Source: Eledone cirrhosa
Taxonomy: Eukaryota
DNA length: 64,000 nt
Reading direction: 5' to 3'
Assembly (NCBI GenBank): GCA_964016885.1
Contig: OZ024743.1
Location: forward strand, 225,494,001 to 225,558,000
In this document: piece after piece, positions 31,782-42,933 of the stretch
Layout of the letters: each line of letters opens with the position of its first letter
Numbering within the stretch: the stretch's first letter is position 1
Translations under genes and position numbers: made by a program
Notes under the pieces: model-generated
Seen by the model: the letters and a program-made list of their open reading frames with translations, nothing else
What the model was told of the DNA's origin: nothing
Database searches by the model: none

Positions 31782-34700
31782 AACGAAGGAAATGTGGTAA
31801 GGAACCAGGTGGACCATAACGCACCAGAGTACTCAATACTTAGGGTAGTAGAGTGGGTAATAGGAAATTGTTCAAGACCATGACGGCAGAGCTCAAGCCG
31901 TTTCAACGGCTATTTCTGGACTAAATTAGATTTTTAGCTTGGTAATAAATAGCCGAACTTTTCAAGAGGTAATTCCATATATGGGAAAATTGTAGTTGTA
32001 AGGATTGGTCAACATTTCTTGTAAACATAATTAAATCTTTCATGGCGGTTGTGGGGTGGCTGAACTTGCCTGTAGAACAATGAGGGAGTGGGTGGAGCCG
32101 GTCAAGCGTTGCAAGTGAATTCTATACAACAAATTCTAAGGAGTGTGGATGAAAGCAGGCGAAAAAAGAATTTGAGGAATCTGAGAGTGGGAAGTTATAA
32201 AATTAAAAAGTTAATAAACTGAAATTAAAAAATTAAAAAATAATAAATAAAAATATTTAAAAATTAAATAATAAAAAATAATAAAAAAAACTAGTCTAAA
32301 GCAGCTGCTATATTTTTAGCTGGTATTGCATTTTCGGCCAATGCTATATAGAATTTACTGGGGTGGGGGTACTGAGGCTACAAAGGAAGAGAGGGAGTGG
32401 AAGGAAGTGAGAAGAAGAGATAAAAGGGAAAAAAGGAAAGAAGTACATCTATCTATGTATGCTGGGGTTTCCCCTATCTTGTTCGGCAAGTGGGGAAAAG
32501 AAGGATTTTACAGCCATTGTCTACCCACCCAGGTCATGATGGGGTTTGAGGGAGAGGTAAGTCCTACACAATCCGTGTTTACATGCGGTTACAAGTTCGT
32601 ATTTTTTGTTTAGGAGTTAGTCCTTCGTAAACAGCATTTGTATTGTTTCCTCCGAGCATAAGTTACACGGACAGCATCCTCCCGTGTAGGTGTTAGTCCT
32701 GGAAAGTAAGCTCCAAGTAAGATGGTATGTGATGTTATTATCTTGGAGGTCCCAGATGTAGCCCGAAAGTGTAGTGGCATGTCGCTGGGCTAGGTTTCTG
32801 AACGTATTCCGGTGTTGGTAGAGTCGGGTCTTAAAGTCACAAGCGGTTAATCCTATATAGGCTTTGTTGGAGTTTTCCGTCCTCACGCTGCATTGGTAGA
32901 TCACGTTACGTTCTCGGCATCTATTGTTGAGGGGGCTCGTTACACCTCCTGATCGGCTCTCCCTAATGTCTAGGTGGTTTCTTCCATAGGAATTGAGTTT
33001 CTTGTTGTTTGAGGAGGCGGTGTTTTGTGCGAAGTTGGGTGTGGTGCTGTAGGAGAGTTTGATAGTGTTTTTATTGATTATGTTGTGGTGGGAAGTGTTT
33101 TTTGAGGAGCCTAAAGAAGATTTTCCCGATTGGTGTTGCAACCTCGGCATTGTGGGGAGGGTTGAACCACGTTACGTGGCATGAGTGGCAGTGTCGCCTG
33201 CTGGTTCCACTAGGGGAAGCTGGGTAAAAGGAGATTTCCTCCCGAAAGCCGCTTTGCTTAAGGGCCTGGTTGTAATAAGGCGCATGTTCATTGAATATCT
33301 GCTCATTAGCAGACAATCGAGATATGCGGAGGGAGATGTTTTTAACCTGGTTATTAGCGATGTTTCTAGGATGGCTAGAGCGGCAGTGGATGTAGTGACG
33401 GTTGTCGTTTGGTTTCCTGTATGGGTAGTACAGATCATTTTCGAGGATGAGAGTAAGGAGCCCATCGCCTCAGTACAATCCACCGCCAAATGCAGGAAAC
33501 ATTTCGGTGATTTTATGTAGTAGGAATAATCCTATAAGATCGGTCACCTCTGCCAAGTCGGTCGCGCCCATACTGACGTCGAAGGGGGAATCGGGAGCTC
33601 TCTTTATCCAATTGGAGTTGTCGAAGAGGAGGACTGTCCTCCTGGCGTGGAAAATGATGTTTCTTTCCTGGTCGGTGATGGGTGTAAGTGTTTTGACAAA
33701 GTCCAAAGCGGCCATAAGGAGCGGTGGGGTAATAGAGGCGTATTAGCTTTCTATGTCGAACTGGATGAATTTTGTGTCCCATTTGTCTTCAATATTCCTG
33801 TACCATGAGATGACTTCCTGGGTGCTGATCCAAAGGCTAAGTCTCGCGTTTTGCTTGACTTTTGGTATAATGCGGTCTAGGATCTTTTTGCTGATTCTCC
33901 CTATGTCTGACTTCGTCGGGTTTATAAGGCTGATGGATGGTTTGCGGTCGAAGTCGGATTTATGGTCCTTCAGGGTGAAGTAGGGGGTCCGTGGGTCGAG
34001 ACGTTCAATACGGTCGGCAACCCCGAGGCTGGAGGTAATTTGTTGTCCATCTAGATTTATGTCATGGATTATAGAATGGTTTGCCTTCTTGTAGGTAGAG
34101 TTTAGGCTGCTCCTGATAAGTGTGTGATATCCGTCAGGGTTGATGAAATAGAGGTTTCCAGTTTTGTCCGAATGCACCAGGATGTCGCTGGTGCTTTCAT
34201 ACTCCGTTATTTTGAAATGGAGTTGTTGTAGGAATTGGTTGTGTCTGGGTTTGAATTTTATATCCTTGACCAGGTGGAAGAGGTCATTCTCGAAGAGTGA
34301 GAGCAGAGGCTTCGGTGGAGGAGATTTGTAGGTATCGAATCCGAATCTCTCCTTGGTGTCGTAGTCCTGGTTGTCGTGGTATTTATCGTAGAAGTATGTT
34401 CTCCATCTCAATCTTTTCACAAACAGGTCGATTTTTTGCGTGAGCATCCGTAGGTAAAGTTTTCTCGGTGGAACTGGGATAGTGAGTTTTCGCATGGTAG
34501 GTATTATGAAGAAACTGGAGCTTGGTGGAAAAATCGGGATATGACGTGGTAGGTTCGGAAAGTGCTCTACTACGGAGGTAGGACTCCTTAGAATTTGCTG
34601 TATAGAATTCACTTGCAACGCTTGACCAGCTCCACCCACTCCCTCATTATTCTACAGGCAAGTTCAGCCACCCCCACCACCGCCATGAAATATTTAATTG

Positions 34701-34855
34701 TATTTACCAGAAATTTTGACAACTATAATCTTCCCATATATGGAATTACCCCTTGAAAGTTTGGCTATTTATTACCAAGCTAAAAATCTAATTTAGTTCA
34801 GAAATAGCCGTCGAAACGGCTTGAGTTCTGCTGTCAGGGTCTTGAACAATTTCCT
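31782..34855 (-). mobile_element. Near full-length, inactivated Penelope-like element (RT plus C-terminal GIY-YIG, Hydra-clade-like) with inverted terminal repeat
   Basis: RT motifs KRLRWRTYF, SDKTGNLY, YFTLKDHKSDF..LINPTKSDIGRISK, FIQFDIES*Y, FDVSMGATDLAEV, GLY*GDGL (decayed YRDDGL) and PYRKPN..SSHP. Endonuclease motifs NVIYQC..AYIGLT..FKTRLYQH..LSGYIWDL..CNLCSEE. Inverted repeat 31861-32144 vs 34583-34855. Flanked by (TA)n. Confidence 0.92.
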
Positions 34856-34997
34856 ATATATATATACATTAAAATAACAGATTAAAGTTTATGCAAAGAA
34901 TCGCTGCTTTCACCCTTAACGGTATCTTCTGAAAGTAATATATATTTATCGAGCCCTCTTTGGGTTTTAGTCTCCACATTTATTATTATTATATATA

Positions 34998-35029
<32 letters not shown>

Positions 35030-35167
35030 GGATGGAAGTATGGCTGTGTGGTTAAATTCACTTTGCAACCATGTGGTTTGTGGTTTACGTCTGTTGCAAG
35101 CCTCAGGGCGACTAAAGACTTGGAAAATTTTGTACATGGAAACTGCAGGAAATTGTTGTTGCGTATA

Positions 35168-35403
35168 TCATCATCATCATTTTACGTCCGCTTTTCCCTG
35201 CTTTTCAAGGGTGGGACAGGTCATCTTCAGCACAGCATCTCTCCATTTGTCACAGTCCGTCGTCATCTCCTCTGTGAGCTTCAGCGATCTGAGGTCAGCT
35301 CTCACCACCTCTGCCTAAGTTTTTCGAGGTCTTCCTCTACTGCATCTTCCTTCCATCAGGATTTCTTGGCACTTCTTCCCCCAGCGGTCATCTTCCATGC
35401 GCA
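35168..35403 (-). mobile_element. RTE LINE 3'-end fragment (relative of the element at 42934)
   Basis: Aligns with 42934-43170. Has a (tga)n tail, seen as tcatcatcat on the + strand. Confidence 0.85.
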
Positions 35404-37512
35404 TATATATATATGATGTGTGTGTACATGTGAGTGAATGAGAGTGCATGTGTATGTGTGTGTATCTATGTCCTTTCTTATGTTTACACTGGTATAAAAT
35501 CTGTTGTTGTTGTTGTTGCTGCTGTTGTTGTTGTTACATTGTATCCATCTCTGACCTAGTATTTAATGGTTTAACAAAGAGAGATCACTAACAAAGTACT
35601 AGACTGAAATAAACCAAATGGGCCAGTATGACCTACTAAAACCAACATGGTCATAAGCCTATGACTAAAACCGGTACAAAGAATAAAAAAGTAAAGCAGT
35701 TTGTTCAACCTATTACGTATTATTATTACGTAGCCATACCAAGTTTTATATGTAATAATACATTCTTAACAAACTTTCCCACCAAATAATCACTGTCTTT
35801 TACAAAACGTCAGAGTGTATACTTTTATTCTTTTGTTGTTGCTGTTTTTGTTATTGAATTCAGCTGTAAATAAAAATTATGGCAATTGCTTTCTCAGGCA
35901 TTATAATACTGGTGAGATTGACGTAGGTAATGTTCCACAGTTGCAAGTCATAGGGTGCGGAGGGGTGGGGGTGAAACGTGTAGGAGGGGCGATTCTGGAG
36001 GGATAATATTCTGAGAAGGATGAACTGAGCATAGTGGTTCATGAAGGGCAGAGGTTTTCAAAGGTGAAGGCTACCCCCGAGGAGCATTTAGAAGGTCCAG
36101 GGAGGTGCTGGAGCCTAAAGGGACAAGGGGGAGGGGGTAGACATGATATAGTATAGAATATCAAATGAATGATACATATATATAAATATAGTAAAATAAA
36201 AAATATATAATTTTTATTTATACATAGTATATATTATTTACTATATATAAATTAACGATTTTATTTATTATATATTATTTACAATTTCTGTGTAGGCTGG
36301 TCTCTCTGGAAATAAGGTTGGAGGGCATTGAGGGAATTACGTGGCTGAGAGAGGAGGGGGGTGTCCCAAAAAATGTTTCAGAACCTCTGATGTAGGGTCT
36401 GGATGTGGACTCACCCATAATACAGGTGATGAGAGGAGGAGAAATAAGTGAGTCAAGAATTCCTGATTGGAGGAGATACAAGGTCAACCAACTCCAAGGA
36501 GCAGCGGCCACTGTAGTAGCAACAGAAAAGGCAAAATGAGAAGATAGCACATCTGTAAGACAGTAGCTGTAATAATGGAGCAAGCATTTATTTTCCTTAA
36601 TAGCAATGGTAAGTATTTTAACCATTATTTAATCATGTTCTAAAGCCAAATTCAACATTAAATTATTTTTCAGATGTCATCTTAAGCCAATTTAACTGAA
36701 AGATTACATTTAATACACTGTAAGATGTGTGGGCAGAGTGGTTAAGATGTTGATCAGATGATCATAAGGTTGTGGGTTTTGTGGTGCATTGTGTTCTTGA
36801 GCAAGACATGTCATTTCATGTTACTTTTCATAATAACCTGGAGCCCATATCATTAAAACACCTGAGAAACCTCCTACAAGATTCAAACTGGTAGAAGGCC
36901 AATTGAACCTGCATAGACAAAAGTTGTAAATTTCATTTCTTTCATTTCAACAGATAATAGTTATATGAGCCTATGGGGTTAAGTTTTTAGATTCTCATTA
37001 AAAAAATATAATTTCGAGCCTTTGAGTTCAGTTGGCAATTCTTACCGTCATGCTGCTTCAGATGAGTTTTCAACCAGCAAAGGTTAAATATTCAAAAGGC
37101 CATAGGCTTACATAACTTGCACAGCTGTTTGAAACTGCTTCTTCAAGCATAATTGACTTTTATAAACATACAAATTCTAGCATTTATAGAATATTATATG
37201 CATATTCTAGTATATACATATATGTGTGTGTTAGCCTTATAGTAGAGTAACATATAACACACTAATGTGCTTTAATTTTATATTATATCAACAAATATCA
37301 ACCTGAATGAACCAGTAAGTGATAAATGGTTTTGAAAGGTAGGTATTTATCATTCACAATCTATAACTAAGTCTCTCTAGAGAGAGAGAAAGAGAGTTAT
37401 TGTTCCAACTGTAGTAAAGACTAATTGGCAAAGTTAACCTAAATGGGATTTGAACTCAGAATGGCAAGGGCCGTAATTCTATGCTACAAAGCATGGCATC
37501 CAACCCTCTACC

Positions 37513-37949
37513 GATAGAATGGGCCGGCGTTGCTTGGGATTCTAAACATAGATTGGCATGTTTATCCCTCCTTTCTGAAACAGTTTCATCATATGTTCAC
37601 CAATTGATGCAGAAGTCCCAATAAAAAGTGAAGTCGCCTTGGGTGAATAGGCAAATAATTTTCCATTAAGCTTTTTCAAAAACATGTAATTGCGTTCCCT
37701 CTCTTTTTTGTTGTTTTTGCTGCTGTTGGTGTGATAGCAGCCATTGATTGTACTACTAACACAGTCTCATCCTTCTTCAGCCAATCGTGTATATCCCCTT
37801 CTGCCTCGTCAGCAATGAGAACAATATTTGCTCTAGGGTTCTTATATATTTTATATATATTTATCCTTATCGAGCCTCGTGAAATAAATACGTTTGTTTA
37901 TATTTTGTTATTGTGTATGCAAAACTATCTGTACACGAATATATAATTA

Positions 37950-37989
<40 letters not shown>

Positions 37990-38414
37990 TATATATAAAT
38001 ATATATATATTAAAATAACAGGTTAAAGTTTAGGCAAAGAATCGCTGCTTTCACCCTTAACAGGATCTTCTGAAACTAAAACAAATCAATCTGTGAACGC
38101 AGAAATAAATATTTCGAAAAACGTTACACACTATATTTATATATACACACTCTATATATATACACACACACACACACACACAGATAGTGTCATAATGGCG
38201 TAATGCAGATAGCCAGACATACAGAGATATTATGAGGGCGCAACGTTATAGCTATCTAATGCGGTCCCTAGGGCATTGAAAATTTGAAATATATTTTGCT
38301 CAAAACACTCATAGGACCATAAGTATTACACGTGTAAAGTTTGAAAAAAAATCGGTTGGGTGGTTCTCGAGTTTTAGGGAGTCAGACAGACATTCTCTGT
38401 TTTAGATATATAGA
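37513..38414 (+). mobile_element. Non-autonomous Helitron/Helentron-like element, copy 1
   Basis: 5' end gccggcgttgcttgggattctaaacatag. 3' end aaagtttgaaaaaaaatcggttgggtggttctcgag..cagacagaca..gatatataga. Tandem with copy 2. The class call is by resemblance only. Confidence 0.55.
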
Positions 38415-38654
38415 CTAGCAGAATAGCCCGGCATTGCTCGGGATTCTAAACATAGATTGGCATGTTTATCCCTCCTTTCTGAAACAGTACAGAGAAGTAC
38501 GGATTACCTCGGCCTTGGGATGGTGTCTACATTTTGTGCTTATAAAAAAAATTTGTCGTAGATGACCAGGGTTTTTTCCGTGCGAAGAAAATCAATACTT
38601 TTGTTTATATTTTGTTATTGTGTATGCAAAAATATCTGTACACGAATATATAAT

Positions 38655-38685
<31 letters not shown>

Positions 38686-38817
38686 TAAAATAACAGATTA
38701 AAGTTTAAGCAAAGAATTGCTGCTTTCACCCATAATGGGATATTCTGAAACTAAAAAAAAAAAAAAAAAAATCAATCTGTGAACGCAGAAGTAAATATTT
38801 CAAAAATCGTTACACAC

Positions 38818-38844
<27 letters not shown>

Positions 38845-38848
<4 letters not shown>

Positions 38849-40879
38849 TACGGGAATACAGGAAAATACCACTGAGTGAACACATTGATACCTGTGCCGC
38901 CCAAAATCATCCCAACTTTAGAATCTTTCCCCTCTACAAATTTAAAGATAATGCCACCCACACCCAGCGCATCAGCAAGGAATCTCACTTTATTAACAAA
39001 TACGGACCCCGTCTAAACATTTCTCCCTAAGACGAACCCACAACATACACACGTCAACATACATACCTACATCAGCATACATCCTACATACATCTCTATC
39101 CACATATAAACACAATGACATACGTAAACACACATGTTCTATGGTGCAACACAAATATACACAAATTTGCATACCTTTTGATGTCTATAGATATAAACGT
39201 GCCGACACACACACATACATATACGCACACATGCATTGCACACTGATGGGCACATACATATTTGTACACAAGTATTCCCATACGGCAGGGCCTAATGGAT
39301 TCCCCTTGCAGTACGTACAATCTGGACACTCACACACACCTTGGTGTTATGACAATACTATATATCATTTCACCCCTTTTATTATTAATGATTTTCATGT
39401 TTTGTTGAGAGAATCGATTTTGCTGAAAATATCGAATAATGTACACCATTTTTACCAGTATCACAAAAATACTGGTCCACCCACACACACACACATACAT
39501 ACACACATATACACACAGACACACATATACACACATACAACCGCTCTCCAGATATCTATTTCAGGCTGTATACAGCTATGGTGCGACCACACTTAGAATT
39601 TGCATCACCAGTCTGGAACCCCTATCTTGCTCAGGACATTGACCGCCTGGAAACTGTTCAGAGACGTGCAACCAAGCGAATACCCTCTATCAGGCATCTA
39701 CCATACTCTGAGCGCCTTGCTTCCCTGGGCATGGATTCATTGAAGCTCCGACGCCTGGCAACTGACTTGGTAAACACCCACAAAATTGTTAACAATCTTG
39801 CCAACAACAACTCTGAGTACCTTTTCGATTTCCATGTGTCTAACACATGTGGACATGCCCACAAAGTAAGAAAACAGCACAGTTCCCATGACTTTCGGAA
39901 ACATTTTTTCACGCTCAGAGTTGCTGAAGCATGGAACAAACTACCTGCATCAGTTGTTAGCTGTCGAGACACTGCATCCTTTAAGGCCTCCGAGATCCGC
40001 CAACACTACAGCTAACACATACACACATGTACTTCCCTGACATTTGTGTATTATTCTATGTACTATATTGACGAGTTGTAGTGCACCTGAGCACTTTACA
40101 CAATAATTTCATTATTATTATTATACACACGCGTACACTAACATACAAATAGACATATACACACACACACACTTCTCCGTATAAGACAAGAGCTGAAAAA
40201 TATCTTTCAACATGTTAAAATACCCCCACACACGCACAGACACATTCCTACTGACCGATCCCTCTACCGCGAATTACTCTGCCACACACACACACACACA
40301 CACACACATATTTGTCTTAATAGGCACCTGAACTGTTGACCTTTCAACATGACTGCAATTCACACACACATCCCTACTGACCATTATCACAACAATGAAC
40401 CTCTTTACTACACGCACACATATTTGTCTTAAAAGACTTATTTTTCAGTGACTTCTCAATCAGGCGAAAAAGGACACTCTTCGACAAACATACATTTGGC
40501 GCAAAATCAATTTTTAACATTTACGTGACCTCTACCGACCAATCAAAATTGTTTTGACTACAAGAATTTTTGCAACACAAATTGGCGCGAAACTTATAGT
40601 ACTCATTCACGTGACATTCAACAACCAACCAAATCTTAATACCTCTGGAGCCACTTTTTTCACATAAAACAGGTAGAATTTCCAAAACTGATCAGATTAG
40701 AGCAAACATCAAGGGCGCTCTATCTCAAAATTATTTTTGAAAAGCATTAGAAATGCGCAACCGGTAAAAACTTAAAACTAAAACTGAATACTAACCAATA
40801 CTTATTACTAATTTTTACTTATTCCTAATTAAACTATTTTTCACTGGGAACAATTTGTCAGCATTTTCTTTTCCTTTTA

Positions 40880-40880
<1 letters not shown>
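38845..40880 (+). mobile_element. 5'-truncated PLE (GIY-YIG C-terminus, CA-rich 3' region, degenerate HHR at 40734-40770)
   Basis: PLSEHIDTC..FRIFPLYK..RISKESHFINKYGPRLN. Terminal motif TTGAAAA-gcatt aga aatgc-GCAA-ccggTA-aaaa. (TA)n on both sides. Confidence 0.7.
39545..40123 (+). mobile_element. CR1-type LINE 3' fragment
   Basis: LYTAMVRPHLEFASPVWNPY..DIDRLETVQRRATK..YSERL..L.LRR..FFTLRVAEAWNKLP, followed by an (att)n tail. Confidence 0.92.
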
Positions 40881-40915
<35 letters not shown>

Positions 40916-40926
40916 CATACACACAC

Positions 40927-40964
<38 letters not shown>

Positions 40965-41248
40965 GCGTCATAATGTCGTAATCCAGACAACCAGACATAC
41001 AGACAGATATTATAAGGGCGCAACATTATATCTATGTATCTATCTAAAAAGAAAGACTAAGAATTATAGAGAGAGATCGCTAAATCGCCTAATGCGGTCC
41101 CTAGGGCATTGATAGTTTGAAATATTCTTTGGTCAAAACACTCACAGGACCATAAGTATTACATGTGTAAAGTTTGAAAACAATCGGTTGGGTGGTTCTC
41201 AAGTTTTAGGCAGACAGACAGACAGATATTCTGTTTTAGATATATAGA

Positions 41249-41480
41249 TAATAATGAAAATTATTGTGTACAGTGCTCAGGTGCACTACAACTCATCAAA
41301 GGTGCATGTATAGTACATAGAATAATGTACAAATGTCAGGAAAATGAACAGTGTATGAGCCATGAAATACATGTGTGCGTGTGTATGGAGGAGGGACATC
41401 AGGTGTAGTGTTGGTGAATCTCAGGAAGCATGGAGGTTTTAAAGGATGCAGTGTCTCACAGCTAACAACTGATGCTAACA
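41249..41480 (-). mobile_element. CR1-type LINE extreme 3' fragment
   Basis: Reverse complement of about 39947-40120 (gagttgtagtgcacctgagcact...aataattttcattatta). Confidence 0.85.
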
Positions 41481-42514
41481 ACCGATATCTATATATACAT
41501 ACATACATACATACATACATACACTTGCACACCAGACACTTGCATAGAGTCTCTGTCTACCAAATTTCACTTAAAAACATTGGTGAGAACTGTGACTACA
41601 CAATAAGTTATACACGTCCAAAATTATCTAGTCACGCTTGGGGATCCAGCTGGATCAGTTGGAGATGGTTACTTCTGACACCACCCACTGGAAGGAGTGT
41701 TTGAGGACTCTGACCCCACGACCCTCTCAGGAATAAGTGGATGAAGAAGTCCACAAAGGTATCATGATTGACATTTTGATTGTGAATGTATAATATATAA
41801 AGTACAACCGACAAATACAGCAAAAGAAAGTGGGATAGACTCAAAGTTAAGATAATTCAATTTCTTTGAATTTGGCATTAAAAAGTGGTTACCATTTATA
41901 TGAAACTCTTGTTTGGAGTCACTCCAAAATTACCAAATTCATTCAAATGTCACTATATTACTGATGCATGACAGTTATAGAATAAGAACTTTAATTGAAA
42001 CTGAGATAAAGTGAATTAACCATTTTATGACAGCATTTCTAATGAAATACACTCTAATTTCAATTATTCAATGAAAAACAATGAAGGGTTTATTAAAATT
42101 ATTTATTTCATTACTAAGATAGTAAAATAACATATGGTCCTTATATAAAATTCATGTAGGAAGATGGAAGATTTAAATTTAAATAGGAACACTAAAATGG
42201 GTGATTTTATTTCATAGAACTGGGTTGGTAATGAAAAGATTAATTATATATATCATATGTAACAAAAAACAAACAAGAAAAAAAAAATTAAAAGTAAGAA
42301 GTTTGCCAATGTAGAGTGATGAGAAGATCAGTGTTGGTTTTGGAAGGATTGGGAAAAAAATGGGACAGGACTTATAAAGGCTAAATTTAATTCTAGTTTT
42401 GGTGCACTGTATTTGTGAGTTTCTTAGCTATAGTTAATTGTATTTGTTGTATGTGTTTATATTTTCAATCTAAAAGAATTGTAAACAATTTATGTTATTT
42501 ATTTATATACATGT

Positions 42515-42730
42515 TTAACCTTTTAACATTTAAACCGTCTGTATCCGACCAGAATTCTCACCTCTCTCTGTTCAAACCGGTGGTAACTGATGTTAAGGTA
42601 TTGTTCTCAAAATAAATAATATAAAAATCTCATAGATTCAATATTATGTGAGATAATTATGTGAAATAAAGTGTTTACCATGAAAATATACAATAGTAAA
42701 TATAAAGTAATGTAAATGCTAAAGGGTTAA
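42515..42730. mobile_element. TTAA-flanked MITE (piggyBac-like termini)
   Basis: Ends ttaaccttttaacattta and taaatgctaaagggttaa. Family copies at 62031 and 62648. Confidence 0.8.
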
Positions 42731-42933
42731 GAATACATTGTGAGCTGGTACTGCAGAGTAGTTTGATCTTTGGTGAGAATTCCAGGCATGTTTTGATTTT
42801 GTTTGTTCACCTAAGTGATACATAGTCTTAGCAGTACCACCAGAACATAAGCTGACTGAGAGATATATATACTTTTAGTCAACAAATATTGGTATATGTT
42901 GTATGTGGCAATTTACAATATACATATATATAT

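Larger units (their letters stand above)
38415..41250 (+). mobile_element. Non-autonomous Helitron/Helentron-like element, copy 2, split by nested insertions
   Basis: 38415-38820 aligns with the 5' half of copy 1 (ctagcagaatagcccggcattgctcggg..., ...cgttacacactat). 40940-41250 aligns with its 3' half. Confidence 0.6.

Noticed and set aside
34583-34639. N-terminus MGGAGQALQVNSIQQILRS of ORF 33743..34639 as the true PLE start
   Set aside because: It is read from the inverted terminal repeat. Conserved PLE-like sequence begins near MRKLTIP at about 34495.
36275-36625. 116-aa ORF as a host exon
   Set aside because: No recognisable motif or convincing splice structure.
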